A DNA stretch of 64,000 bases. Origin: an uncultured Thermoleophilia bacterium (lineage in GTDB: Bacteria; Actinomycetota; Thermoleophilia; UBA2241). The DNA lies in assembly GCA_963777895.1 (NCBI GenBank), contig CAVZSF010000005.1, positions 391,949-455,948 on the forward strand. Reading direction: 5' to 3'. Of this stretch, positions 40,844 to 51,227 are shown one piece after another. The position numbers and the translations under genes were made by a program. Under the pieces are notes generated by a model. That model searched no databases. It saw only the letters and a program-made list of their open reading frames with translations, and was not told the DNA's origin. Positions within the stretch are counted from its first letter, which is position 1, and each line of letters opens with the position of its first letter.

Positions 40844-42034
40844 TTACTGGGCCAGAGTCCAGTCTCCGCCCTTGATCTCGTACATGGAGAGGTCGTCCAC
40901 CGTCATGCCGTTGTGGTCCGTGGGGGAGAACGTGAACGTTCCGCCGATGCCGACGAAGCCGGAGGTCGCCTCGATCTGATCGCGCAGGGCCGCGGGCGTG
41001 ACATCGCCGTCGATGCGCTTGGCGGCCTCGACGATGAGGTAGAGGGCGTCGTAGGCGTGCCCGGCGAAGGTGCTCGGGGCGTCGCCGTAGGCCTGTGTGT
41101 AGCGATCGATGAAGTCGGTCGCCACCTTGAACGCTTCCGTGCCCTCGCCGTACGCCTCCGGGATCAGCACCTTGCCGGCGGCGAAGCGCACGCCCTCGGC
41201 GGCGTCGCCGGCGCCTTCGATGAACTCCCTGCGCGCGATGCCATGGCTGCCGAAGAACGGGAGGTCGATGCCGAGATCCATCACGTTCTTGGCGATGGTC
41301 GCGGCCTCGGCCCCGGCGGTCCACATCACGATGGCCTGGGCGTCGGAGTTCTTGATCTTGGTGAGCTGGGCCGTCATGTCGGTGTCGCCCGCGTTGAACG
41401 TCTGGTTCGAGACGATCGTCACGCCCGCATCGGGAGCCATCTTCTCGATGACGGCCTTGCCGTCGGCGCCGAAGCCGCCCGTGTCGGTGATGAGGCCGAT
41501 CTTCGTGATGCCCTGCTGCTTGATGTAGTCCAAGGTGAACGGGACGACGATGGTGTTCGACCAGGGGGTCTGGAAGACGAGCGGGTCGACGGGGTTCGCG
41601 ATCACGGTGCCGCCCGCCATGGAGACCTGGGGGATCTTGGCGCGCTGTACGTCGCCGCGCACCGCCATGGTCGCGCCCGTCCCGGTCCCGCCGATGATGG
41701 CGACGACCTCGTCCTGCTCGATGAGCTTGCTCGCCGCGGCGACCGCCTTGGCGTCGTCGGTCGCGTCGTCCTCGACGATGACCTCGATCTGCCGGCCGTT
41801 GACGCCGCCGGCGTCGTTGATGCGCTTGACCTCCATATCGAGCACGTTCTTCTCGGGCTGTCCGAGACCGGCGTACGTCCCCGTCAAGGAGACGATGGCG
41901 CCGATCTTGAGCGGCGCGCCCGAGCCGCTCGCCGCGGTGTCGTCCCCGCCGCAGGCGGTGAGCGACACCGCCAGCGACGCTGCGAGGGCGGCCGTCAGGA
42001 CCGCCATCGAGAGCTTCAACGTCCGTCCACGCAT
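40844..42034 (-). CDS. livK: Branched-chain/aromatic amino acid ABC transporter substrate-binding lipoprotein (LivK/LivJ-like)
   Basis: The start is at MRGRTLKLSMAVLTAALAASLAVSLTACGG (lipobox). Type I periplasmic binding fold. Confidence 0.8.
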   Translation of the reverse strand: MRGRTLKLSMAVLTAALAASLAVSLTACGGDDTAASGSGAPLKIGAIVSLTGTYAGLGQPEKNVLDMEVKRINDAGGVNGRQIEVIVEDDATDDAKAVAAASKLIEQDEVVAIIGGTGTGATMAVRGDVQRAKIPQVSMAGGTVIANPVDPLVFQTPWSNTIVVPFTLDYIKQQGITKIGLITDTGGFGADGKAVIEKMAPDAGVTIVSNQTFNAGDTDMTAQLTKIKNSDAQAIVMWTAGAEAATIAKNVMDLGIDLPFFGSHGIARREFIEGAGDAAEGVRFAAGKVLIPEAYGEGTEAFKVATDFIDRYTQAYGDAPSTFAGHAYDALYLIVEAAKRIDGDVTPAALRDQIEATSGFVGIGGTFTFSPTDHNGMTVDDLSMYEIKGGDWTLAQ

Positions 42035-42321
42035 GGTGCTGCCTCCGTAGGATCGCTGTCCGCTTCCGCCACGCGACAGGCTCGCAGGCGGCTTCTTCGC
42101 CGGTCCCCCTGGCACCCGGCTGTGAAGTGGTGCGCATAATAACACGCAGTTCAAGCAATAATGGCTGCATCTCCTTGCAGTGGGTTGCGGACGGCCCGCC
42201 TCGGGGGCCCGTGACCGATGGGTCGCGGGACGCCCGCGCTTCCCAACGGGAGTACTGATGGCATAGCAGGGAGAGGCTCGCGCGTGAGACCGTGCGGTGA
42301 AGCTGGAGGAGGAAGGCAGGC

Positions 42322-43785
42322 ATGAGCATCTCGACTGTCCCGGGAGCGCGCAAGCGCGCCCTGAAGGTCCGCCTCGTGGAGCCGGCGCCGCCTTCCGTCA
42401 ACGTCCTCTCGTACGGGGCCTACCCGCGACTTGGACTGCCGATGATCGGCGCCGCGCTCAAGCAGGCCGGCCACGACGTCGTCATCTACTGCGGCCAGGT
42501 GGCGCCGATCGACCATGCCGACGTCGCGTCGGCCGATGTCGTCGGCATCTCGACGACCACCTCCACCGCGGTGGAGGCCTATCGGCTGGCCGACGAGCTC
42601 CGTTCCTCCGGCATACCCGTGGTCATCGGCGGCCCTCATCCCACGTTCGTGCCGGAGGACGCCCTCGCCCATGCCGACTTCGTCGCGCGCGGCGAGGGCG
42701 GGGAAGGGCTCATGGTCGAGCTGTGCGACGCGCTCGGCGGCGGGCGCGAGCTGGAGAGCATCCGGGGGCTGTCGTTCTGGCGCGACCAGGAGCCCGTCCA
42801 CAACGAGCTTCGGGAACGCTGCCGCGATCTTGACTCGCTCCCGCTGCCGGACCTGTCGCTGATCGCCGGGTCGGACCGCATCAGGGAGACGCCCATCATC
42901 ACGAGTCTCGGCTGCCCGTTCGCCTGCACCTTCTGCACGGTCAGCATGATGTTCGGGCGGGCCTACCGGGCGCGCAGCCCCGAAAGCGTGGTCGCCGAGT
43001 TGGCGGCGAGGCGGCCGAAGAGCGTCTTCTTCTACGACGACAACTTCGCGGCCGACAAACGGCGCGTGAAAACGTTGCTCCGGCTGATGATCGACAACGA
43101 CCTGACGATGCCGTGGATGGCCCAGGTGCGGGTCGACGTGGCGCGCGACGAGGAGCTCCTCACGCTGATGCGCCGCTCGGGCTGTCGCCGTCTCTGCCTC
43201 GGCTTGGAGTCGGTCGACCAGGCCACGCTGGACGGCTACGCGAAGTCGCAGACCGTCGAAGGCATCCAGGACGCCGTCCGCGCCCTGCACGCCCACGGCA
43301 TCAGGTGCCATGGCATGTTCGTCCTGGGCGCCGATACCGACACGGTGCAGACGATGCGCGATACGGTCGACTTCGCGAAGCGACACGACCTCGAGACCAT
43401 CATGCTCAATGTCCTTACTCCTGCCCTGGGCACCCGCCAGTACGAATCCATGGACGCCGGCGAGCGCATCTTCGAGAAACGCTGGCAGTTCTACGACGGC
43501 CAGCACGTCGTGTACACGCCGAGCCAAATGACCCCGTCCGAGTTGCAGAGGAGCTTCGTGGACGGCTACAGGCGCTTCTACTCCTTGCGCCGCGGGTTGG
43601 GATACCTCATGCGCCTTCGCTTCGGTGATCTCGCCGCGCATCTGTGGGGATGGTGGTTCATCCGCCGCTGGCAGCGAGAACCGGTCAATCGCCAGTACAT
43701 CAAGGTCCTTGACGCCTTCGGCGAGCGCGCCGCGCCTGTCGGGAGCGAGCGCGCCGGCTCGCCGGCACTGCGATCCTCCCCGTAA
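42322..43785 (+). CDS. B12-binding domain radical SAM protein
   Basis: An N-terminal cobalamin-binding Rossmann segment (DVVGISTTTSTA...PVVIGG) precedes the radical SAM cluster CPFACTFC. Confidence 0.8.
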   Translation: MSISTVPGARKRALKVRLVEPAPPSVNVLSYGAYPRLGLPMIGAALKQAGHDVVIYCGQVAPIDHADVASADVVGISTTTSTAVEAYRLADELRSSGIPVVIGGPHPTFVPEDALAHADFVARGEGGEGLMVELCDALGGGRELESIRGLSFWRDQEPVHNELRERCRDLDSLPLPDLSLIAGSDRIRETPIITSLGCPFACTFCTVSMMFGRAYRARSPESVVAELAARRPKSVFFYDDNFAADKRRVKTLLRLMIDNDLTMPWMAQVRVDVARDEELLTLMRRSGCRRLCLGLESVDQATLDGYAKSQTVEGIQDAVRALHAHGIRCHGMFVLGADTDTVQTMRDTVDFAKRHDLETIMLNVLTPALGTRQYESMDAGERIFEKRWQFYDGQHVVYTPSQMTPSELQRSFVDGYRRFYSLRRGLGYLMRLRFGDLAAHLWGWWFIRRWQREPVNRQYIKVLDAFGERAAPVGSERAGSPALRSSP

Positions 43786-44013
43786 CGATCCCACCTTCAC
43801 TCTCGCGTCGAGTGGCGCACGAGGACGGCACCGCACCGGGGCACCCTCGATGACAAGGCACTCGATCTGGAGAGAGCGCGATGAAGACGGTGAGGCAGGC
43901 CATACCGAAAAGCCGGTGAACGGTCGCCTGAGGGTTCACCGGATGACAGTCTCAACTTCCAGTTTGTTGTCACTCGTGTGATAAGTATCGTTTAGCAGGG
44001 GAAGAAGGTTCCG

Positions 44014-44295
44014 GTGAAATCCACGATGGCGACATGGAGGTCGGCTATGCCTCGCACCGCGAAGCAGTACAGGCTCGTTCCGGAAGATATCCCGCCGAGG
44101 CGCGGCGGTCGGGGAAGCGTGTATCCTGCCGTACTCGACGACTTCTTGAAGTCGGACGTTCGATCGGCCCGAGTAGAGCTGGAGGGGCGCAAGCCTGACA
44201 ACATCGCCGCCGGCCTGCGCAAGGCGGCCGTCGATGCCAAGGCGCCCGTGCGCGTGTTGTCGCGCGCGGGACAGGTCTACCTGGAACGCCGCTGA
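44014..44295 (+). CDS. Small hypothetical protein (about 80-93 aa) with its own AT-rich promoter and a strong terminator
   Basis: The start is GTG 44014, or ATG 44026 or 44047. Third-position GC is lower than in neighbours. No homology was recognised. Confidence 0.35.
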   Translation: MKSTMATWRSAMPRTAKQYRLVPEDIPPRRGGRGSVYPAVLDDFLKSDVRSARVELEGRKPDNIAAGLRKAAVDAKAPVRVLSRAGQVYLERR

Positions 44296-44303
44296 GCCGC
44301 TGA

Positions 44304-44354
44304 GGACGCGACGGGCGCGGGGCGGAGGTAGACGGCCCCGCGCCCGTCGCGTCC
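44304..44354 (+). terminator. Perfect 19-bp inverted repeat hairpin downstream of the small gene
   Basis: ggacgcgacgggcgcgggg - cggaggtagacg - gccccgcgcccgtcgcgtcc. Confidence 0.6.
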
Positions 44355-44425
44355 CTGGCGTCCTCTCCGGCTCGCCGCAACGACCCGGGACGCACGGCAT
44401 CCTGCCGCGGGGTAGTGTCTGACTG

Positions 44426-45817
44426 ATGGCCGCCCTCACTCGCACGTTCCGCTCGCTCCACGTTCGCAACTACCGCCTCTATTTCTTCGCTCAGATCGTC
44501 TCGATGAGCGGCGTATGGATGCAGTCCATCGCCCAGGGCTGGCTCGTCTACGACCTCACCGACAGCGCCGTGTGGCTCGGCACCGTCGTGGCGCTGCAAT
44601 TCGGTCCCGTGCTTCTCGTGGGGCCGTGGGGCGGCCTGCTGGCCGACCGCGCCGACAAGCGGAAGCTGCTCCTCGTGACGCAGGTCCTCGCCACCGTCCT
44701 CGCCACCATCCTCGGCGTGCTGGTGCTGGCGGATGTCGTCGAGCTGTGGATGGTGCTGGTGCTCGCCGTGCTGTACGGGTCCGTGAACGCCGTCGACAAC
44801 CCCGCCCGACAGTCGTTCGTCATCGAGATGGTCGGGTCCGACGACCTGGCGAACGCCGTCGGTCTGAACAGCGTCATCGTCAACGGCTCGCGTATCGTCG
44901 GACCGGCCCTGGCCGGCATCCTCTTCTACACAGTGGGACTCGCGGCGCCGTTCCTCGTGAACGCCGTCTCGTACCTCTTCGTCATCGGTGCCCTGCTCGC
45001 GATGCGTACCGACGAGCTGCGGCCGGCGCCGCCGGTCGCGAGAGAGCCCGGCCAGCTGCGCGCCGGGTTCCGCTACGTGTGGAACACACCGCAGCTGCTG
45101 CTGCCGCTGGCGATCATGGCCGTGGTCGGCACGCTCGGCTACAACTTCTCCGTGATCCTGCCCCTCATGGCGAAGGTCGCCTTCGGGCGTGGCGCCGAGA
45201 CCTACAGCGCGCTGACGACGGCCATGGGGATCGGTGCGCTCGCCGGCGGCCTCGTCGCGGCGAGCAGGCGGCGGCCCACGCGGCGGCTGCTGATCGGCGC
45301 GACCGTCGCCTTCGGCGTGTCTTCGATGATCGTCGCGTACGCGCCCACGCTCGACTCAGCCCTGGCGCTGCTCGTCCCGATGGGGGCGTTCTCGGTGCTC
45401 TTCGTGGCGACCACCAACTCGCTGCTGCAGCTGAACTCGGACCCGGCCATGCGCGGCCGCGTGATGTCGCTGTGGGCGGTGGTGTTCCTTGGCAGCACGC
45501 CGATCGGCAGCCCGCTCACCGGGCTCGTCGCCTCGGCGTGGGGGCCGCGCTTCGCGCTCGCCGCCGGCGGGGCGATCACGGTGCTGGCGGGCCTGGGAGC
45601 ATTCGCGGCGCTGCGGGCGCGGGCGCGGCGCGCGGAACGCGCCAGGCCCGCGCCCGAAGCGCCCGAGCAGGTGGCCGCGGCGACCGAAGCGCCCTCCGGG
45701 CGCGACGGCCGCCACATCCACACCGGCCTGCCCGACGAACCCGACGAGAGCGAGGTCTTCGACGACCTCCTCGAAGAGCCGGCCAGGCGGGCCGCCGCGC
45801 GCGGCGAGGTCACCTGA
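44426..45817 (+). CDS. MFS transporter (EntS/MFS_1-like, 12 TM)
   Basis: An N-terminal motif reads NYRLYFFAQIVSMSGVWMQSIAQGWLV. Hydrophobic throughout. Confidence 0.85.
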   Translation: MAALTRTFRSLHVRNYRLYFFAQIVSMSGVWMQSIAQGWLVYDLTDSAVWLGTVVALQFGPVLLVGPWGGLLADRADKRKLLLVTQVLATVLATILGVLVLADVVELWMVLVLAVLYGSVNAVDNPARQSFVIEMVGSDDLANAVGLNSVIVNGSRIVGPALAGILFYTVGLAAPFLVNAVSYLFVIGALLAMRTDELRPAPPVAREPGQLRAGFRYVWNTPQLLLPLAIMAVVGTLGYNFSVILPLMAKVAFGRGAETYSALTTAMGIGALAGGLVAASRRRPTRRLLIGATVAFGVSSMIVAYAPTLDSALALLVPMGAFSVLFVATTNSLLQLNSDPAMRGRVMSLWAVVFLGSTPIGSPLTGLVASAWGPRFALAAGGAITVLAGLGAFAALRARARRAERARPAPEAPEQVAAATEAPSGRDGRHIHTGLPDEPDESEVFDDLLEEPARRAAARGEVT

Positions 45818-45944
45818 TCTGATGCCGTAGACTCTTCAGAAAACGCCCCCGGTGCCGATGATGGAAGCGATGGTCGCGCCTCCCCCTCGTCGGGCCGGGG
45901 CGGCGCGCCGGTTCGTGTCACAGGACGTGTGAGAGAGGTGCGGG

Positions 45945-47222
45945 TTGCTGCTCCAGGGCAGCCTCAAGGAGTTCAACCTCCCCAACATCTTCCAGCTGGT
46001 CAAGATGAGCGCCAAGACGGGCGCCCTGACGATCCGCGCCGAGAAGGAGTGGGGCAAGATCTTCTTCCGCGACGGGCAGATCCACTATGCCTTCTCCGTG
46101 CCGCAGTCGCTGCCTCTCGGCGAGCGGCTCGTCAACTCCGGCAAGATCACCCCCGCCCAGCTCAAGGAGGCGCTCGCCGCGCAGAAGAAGGCGCCCGACG
46201 CCGGCCGCATCGGCAACATCCTGCTCGACAAGGGCTACATCCAGCGCGACGACCTCGAGCAGGTGGTGCGCGAACAGATCCAGGACGCGGCCTTCAACTT
46301 CTTCGGCTGGACCGAGGGCGAGTTCGAGTTCACCGCCGACGAGGAGGCCATCGACCAGGACATCCTCGTCGAGATGAACGTCGAGAACGTCATCATGGAG
46401 GGCTGCCGGCGCATCGACGAGTGGGAGCTCATCTTCCAGCAGCTCGGCTCGCTCGAGCGCATCCCGCACCTCGCCTACGACGAGCGCGTCGACGAACGCG
46501 GCGACGTGACCTTCACCGCCGAGGAGTGGCGCGTCATCGTGCACGTGGATGGGCACTCCGACATCAACACGGTGCTGCACGAGTGCGGGCTCGACCGCTT
46601 CCACGGCGCCAAGGTCATCTACAGCCTCTACTCCAGCGGACTCATCATGGTGACCGACGCGGTGATCGAGGCGATCGGCAAGGGTCTTGCGATCGCCATC
46701 CGCGGCCCGATCGACATCTACAACGAGATCTTCCTCGCGACCCTCACGGATGCCAACGTGACGAAGCAGATGCGCGTGGAGCTGATCGACGACAAGGAGA
46801 TCGAGATCCCGATCGTCGCCGGCGTCGTCCCCCTGGGCGGCGAGACCGGGAAGGGCCTCGACGAGCAGGCGGCCGGCGCCGCCGTCGAGGATGTGGTCGT
46901 CTTCACCGCCAGCGCATCGTCGCCGATGAAGGCATGGGAGCGCCTCGGCGGTGAGAGCTCGGCCTTCGTGATCCTCGCCAACGCAAACGACGCCGACAGC
47001 GTGAGCCGGACCCGGGACGACCTGGCGTTCGTGCGCGGTCTCGGCGCCTCGCCCATGGTGCTGGCCACGTACGCCTCGATGGGCGACGAGCCGGTCCCGA
47101 AGGACCAGGTCGCCAAGCTCCTCGGCCTCAACGGAGACGTCCCGATCCTCGCCTGCCATCTGCGCGACCGCGACTCGGTGATGGCCGTCGTGAAGACGGC
47201 CCTGGACCTGGTCGCCTCCTAG
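45945..47222 (+). CDS. DUF4388 (PatA-N-like) domain protein with an MshEN-like segment and an uncharacterised C-terminal alpha/beta domain
   Basis: [17 protein letters not shown]...GALTI...GQIHYA indicates DUF4388. [17 protein letters not shown]...[16 protein letters not shown] is T2SSE_N/MshEN-like. TTG start with a gagagagg RBS. Confidence 0.5.
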   Translation: MLLQGSLKEFNLPNIFQLVKMSAKTGALTIRAEKEWGKIFFRDGQIHYAFSVPQSLPLGERLVNSGKITPAQLKEALAAQKKAPDAGRIGNILLDKGYIQRDDLEQVVREQIQDAAFNFFGWTEGEFEFTADEEAIDQDILVEMNVENVIMEGCRRIDEWELIFQQLGSLERIPHLAYDERVDERGDVTFTAEEWRVIVHVDGHSDINTVLHECGLDRFHGAKVIYSLYSSGLIMVTDAVIEAIGKGLAIAIRGPIDIYNEIFLATLTDANVTKQMRVELIDDKEIEIPIVAGVVPLGGETGKGLDEQAAGAAVEDVVVFTASASSPMKAWERLGGESSAFVILANANDADSVSRTRDDLAFVRGLGASPMVLATYASMGDEPVPKDQVAKLLGLNGDVPILACHLRDRDSVMAVVKTALDLVAS

Positions 47223-47295
47223 TCTCCTCACCCGCTTGTCAATCGTCCTGCCGGGGGGCAAGATTGGCTGCTCCCCAGCGAAAGGACGACCACCC

Positions 47296-48267
47296 ATGTA
47301 CTACCCGAGCTACCGCATGAGGCGGCTGCGCAGGACCCCGGTCATCCGCCGGATGATGCGCGAGACGGCCCTCTCGCCGGATGACCTGATCTACCCGCTC
47401 TTCGTCATCGCCGGCGAGAACGTGAAGAACCCGATCGGGTCGATGCCGGGCTGCTACCAGCTCTCGATCGGCAACCTCATCCCCGAGGTCCGCGCGGTGC
47501 GCGACCTGGGGATCCCGGCCGTGCTGCTCTTCGGCATCCCCGCCCACAAGGACTCCGCGGCAACGACCGCCTACGATCCCGAAGGCGTCGTCCAGCTCGC
47601 GGTGCGCGCGATCAAGGACGAGTTTCCGGAGCTGCTCGTCATCACCGACGTCTGCCTCTGCGAGTACATGGACCACGGTCACTGCGGCGTCGTGCAGGAC
47701 GGCGAGGTGCTCAACGACGTCACCCTCGAGCTGCTCTGCAAGATGGCGATCACCCACGCCGAGGCTGGGGCCGACATGGTGGCGCCGTCCGACATGATGG
47801 ACGGCAGGGTGTCGGCCATCCGTAACGCTCTCGACGACGAAGGCCTGCACGACACCGCGATCATGGCCTACTCGGCGAAATTCGCATCGGGCTTCTACGG
47901 GCCCTTCCGGGAGGCAGCGGAGTCGGCGCCGGCGTTCGGCGACCGCAAGACCTACCAGATGGATCCGCCCAACGGGGAAGAGGCGGTCCGTGAGGCGCTG
48001 CTCGACATCGAGGAGGGCGCCGACATCATCATGGTGAAGCCGGCGCTGCCCTATCTGGACGTCATCAAGGCCATCAAGCAGGAGACGCGCTTCCCGCTGG
48101 CCGCCTACAACGTGAGCGGCGAGTTCGCCATGATCAAGGCGGCGGCCGAGAAGGGCTGGCTCGACGAGGAGCGCTGTGTGATGGAGGCGCTCACCGGCAT
48201 CAAGCGCGCCGGCGCCGACCTCATCATCACCTACCACGCCAAGGACGCGGTCGGCTGGCTGGAGTGA
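47296..48267 (+). CDS. hemB: Porphobilinogen synthase (delta-aminolevulinic acid dehydratase)
   Basis: Active-site region [14 protein letters not shown]. Schiff-base lysine context [11 protein letters not shown]. Confidence 0.95.
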   Translation: MYYPSYRMRRLRRTPVIRRMMRETALSPDDLIYPLFVIAGENVKNPIGSMPGCYQLSIGNLIPEVRAVRDLGIPAVLLFGIPAHKDSAATTAYDPEGVVQLAVRAIKDEFPELLVITDVCLCEYMDHGHCGVVQDGEVLNDVTLELLCKMAITHAEAGADMVAPSDMMDGRVSAIRNALDDEGLHDTAIMAYSAKFASGFYGPFREAAESAPAFGDRKTYQMDPPNGEEAVREALLDIEEGADIIMVKPALPYLDVIKAIKQETRFPLAAYNVSGEFAMIKAAAEKGWLDEERCVMEALTGIKRAGADLIITYHAKDAVGWLE

Positions 48268-48274
48268 GGCGCGG

Positions 48275-48314
48275 GTGACGGGACGGCGGGGCGGCGCCCC
48301 GCCGTCCCGTCACC
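48275..48314 (+). terminator. Perfect 17-bp inverted repeat hairpin after hemB
   Basis: ggtgacgggacggcggg - gcggcg - cccgccgtcccgtcacc. Confidence 0.6.
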
Positions 48315-48382
48315 GCGCGGCCGCGCCGCCTCTCGCGAAAGGTTTGCGCCGCCCCCCGTAAATCGGTCAGAATCAGTCTGCA

Positions 48383-49719
48383 TTGGACGTCGATCCCACC
48401 CAGAACCCTCACGTCGTGGACGGCCCGTCGGCCGACGGCGCGGACGGCCCGCCGTCCGCTGCCGCGGACGGCCCGTCCGCGCAGCCTTCCGACGGGCCCG
48501 GAGAGGCGCGGCCCGGCGACGCCGTCGCGCCGCCGCGCCTCGTCGCCTGGGAGGTCACGCGCAGCTGCAACCTGGCCTGCGCGCACTGCCGCGCGTCGGC
48601 CGTCCACGGGCCGTACCCGAACGAGCTCACCACCGACGAGGCCTTCACCCTCGTCGACCAGATCGCCTCGTTCGCGAACCCGATCCTCATCCTGACCGGC
48701 GGCGACCCGCTGATGCGGGAGCGACGTCTTCGACATCGCCGAGCGCGGCATAGCACAGGGGTTGCGCGTCGTCATGTCGCCGAACGGCACGCTGGTCACC
48801 CCCGAGGTGGCGCGCCGCATGAAGGACGTCGGCATCGCCCGCATCAGCATCTCGGTCGACTTCCCGACGGCCGACGAGCACGACGCGTTCCGCGGCGTGC
48901 CCGGCGCCTACGAGGGCGCGATGCGTGGCATCCGGACGGCGATCGAGGCCGGCGTCGAGGTCCAGATCAACTCCACGATCACCAAGCTCAACGCCCACCA
49001 CCTGCCCGCGCTGCTCGAGCTCGCCGAGCGCGTCGGCGCCGTGAGCTTCCACCCGTTCATGCTGGTCCCGACAGGGCGCGGCAAGGAGCTCGAGGAGCAG
49101 GAGTTGCCGCCGGAGGCCTACGAGGACGCGCTCAACTGGATGTACGACGCGCAGCAAGGCTCCGCCCTCTTCCTCAAGCCGACCGACGTGCCGCACTACT
49201 GGCGCGTGATGCGCCAGCGCGGCGCCGAGGACCGGAAGAAGGGGAAGGGCGTGGACGGCGCACCCGGCGGCCATCCTGGCGCGCATCCCCCCGCCGCCGG
49301 CCACCCCAGCGCCGTGTCGGCCACCGGACATCCAAGCGTTGCGCCCGTCCGGTGCCCATCCCCACGCCCAGTTCGCTGCCCACCCGCACGCCCACGGCGG
49401 CATGAACACGCTGAGCCGCGGCTGCCTCGCCGGCATCGGCTTCTGCTTCGTCTCGCACGTCGGCCGCGTGCAGCCCTGCGGCTACTTCGACGTCGAAGCC
49501 GGCGACGTGCGCAGGCAGCCGTTCCCGGAGATCTGGCGCACGTCGCCCCTCTTCACCGACCTGCGCGACTTCGACGGCCTCAAGGGCAAGTGCGGCGCCT
49601 GCGAGTTCAAGAGGGTCTGCGGCGGCTGTCGCGCGCGCGCCTACGAGGCGACCGGCGACTACATGGCCGAGGAGCCCTACTGCGCCTACGTGCCGAAGGG
49701 CTGGTGCGAGCCGGCCTGA
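48383..49719 (+). CDS. Radical SAM/SPASM-domain protein, AhbD/NirJ-like, in the heme locus. Two frameshifts are present. A DGP-repeat N-terminal extension and a His-rich internal insertion are unusual.
   Basis: N-terminus [16 protein letters not shown] (CxxxCxxC). Frame 2 (ORF 48762..49874) has the radical SAM core. Frame 3 (ORF 49339..49719) has SPASM cysteines CGYFD...[18 protein letters not shown]. The His/Pro-rich linker reads [14 protein letters not shown]...[16 protein letters not shown]. The N-terminus reads [29 protein letters not shown]. Confidence 0.7.
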
Positions 49720-49798
49720 GGGCTTGCACGCGCGGTCCGGCGGGTGCGGCTCGGCCGCCGGCCCGCCTCGATCCGCTCAGGCTCGCCCTGCCTTCCGG

Positions 49799-50254
49799 CT
49801 ACTCCTCGAAGTCCTCGTCGAAGAAGTGCCGCTGCAGGCAGAGCAGCTCGTCGACCAGGCCAGCCTTCCCGTAGACGCGCCGGGCGACTTCGTTGTCGTC
49901 GGCGGTGATCACCTGCACCTGGCTGCAGCCCGCCTCCTGGAAGCGACCCACCGCCTCGGCGACCAGCGCCGAGCCGATCCCGAGTCCACGTGCGCCCTCG
50001 ACGACAAGCAGGTCGACGATCTCGCCGGTGGGGTCGCCCATGTACAGGTCGAGGTGGACGGCGTGTGCCAGGAAGCCCACAAGCTCGCCGTTGAGCAACG
50101 CGAGCAGGACCCCGTAGCCGGGCTGCTCGAGGTAGCGTGCGACAAGCGCCTCGTCGGCGCGTGCGGGGTGGTGGAAGCCCACCCCCATCTCGACGATGAG
50201 CGGGAGGAGGGCCGAGGCGTCGGCCGGCGTGGCGGCGCGTATCTCGAGGTTCAC
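49799..50254 (-). CDS. GNAT family N-acetyltransferase (single domain)
   Basis: The acetyl-CoA motif region reads LLVVEGARGLGIGSALV. The GTG start overlaps the upstream TGA (GTGA) and follows a ggaggga RBS. Confidence 0.7.
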   Translation of the reverse strand: MNLEIRAATPADASALLPLIVEMGVGFHHPARADEALVARYLEQPGYGVLLALLNGELVGFLAHAVHLDLYMGDPTGEIVDLLVVEGARGLGIGSALVAEAVGRFQEAGCSQVQVITADDNEVARRVYGKAGLVDELLCLQRHFFDEDFEE

Positions 50255-51217
50255 CCTCCCTCCGAAGAAAGCAGCATGAGCAGGTCGTCGTCGACGAAGC
50301 CGAGCGATCGGTAGAGGTGCTTGGCCCGTTCGTTGCGGAAGGCGGCGGCGATGAGCGTGTGCGCCGTGTCTTCGGGCTGGATGCGCTCGAGCGCTTCCCG
50401 CAGCAAGGCGCGCCCTACGCCCTGGTCGCGTTGCGCGGCCGTTACGCAGATGTCCTCGATCACCGCGCACCGCTGCGCGTTGAAGAGGCTGCGGTAGAAG
50501 TACCAGGCGACGACGCCGACGACCTCGCCGTCCGGCTCGGCGACCAGCGTTCCGCAGGACTTGTCGCCGAGCATGGCCAGGACCGACTCGGGCGTCGCCG
50601 TCGTCGCGCTCTCCGAAGAAGGCCGCCATCTCTCCCATGAGACCGACGATCGCCGGGACATCGCTCTCGCGCGCGTCGCGGATCCCGAGGCGCGCGGCGG
50701 ATGCCGCCACGTCGAGGGCGGCCTCGAGTGTCAGGCGCATCGTCCACGAGCCGCCCTCGTCGAGTTCAAGCAGCTCGAAGCCCGCGCGCTCGTAGAGATG
50801 ACGCGCGTGTCGATTGCCATCGGCGACGCTCAAGCTCAGCGTCCGCACGCCGCTCTCGCGGGCAAGAGCGATGGTCGCGGCGAGCAGCTTCGTCCCAATA
50901 CCCTGGCTGCGGAAGCCCTCCTGCAGCGCCAAGCCGAGGCCGGGCACGTCGTCCCCCAGGAAGCCATAGCCCGGCCGGTCGCTGGTGAAGCGGCGGTACC
51001 AGCACGCCCCGACAGGACGGCCGTCCACCTCGGCGACGAAGCCGTCGTCGCCCGGACGCGGCCAGCCGTCCACGTAATCCGCGATGCGGGGCTCGGCCAG
51101 GAGCTCGTCGACGGCCGGAGGGGATGACCTGGCAGGTCTGTCCCAGCTGACCGCCTCGGCCACCATCTCCGCGATGAGGCCCGCGTCACCGGCTCCGATC
51201 CGTCTCAACGTCGCCAT
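50251..51217 (-). CDS. Tandem two-domain GNAT acetyltransferase (MshD-like architecture), one frameshift at about 50690
   Basis: Domain 1 carries RSQGIGTKLL. Domain 2 lies in the adjacent frame (ORF 50251..50661, QRDQGVGRALL...NERAKHLYRSLGF). Confidence 0.7.
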
Positions 51218-51227
51218 GGGCGTGCCC

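Noticed and set aside
40725-43836. Long ORFs 40725..42401(-), 40715..42139(+) and 42151..43836(-) overlapping livK and the B12-radical SAM gene
   Set aside because: They overlap genes that have strong homology in another frame or strand. Their translations are Arg/Gly/His-rich junk.
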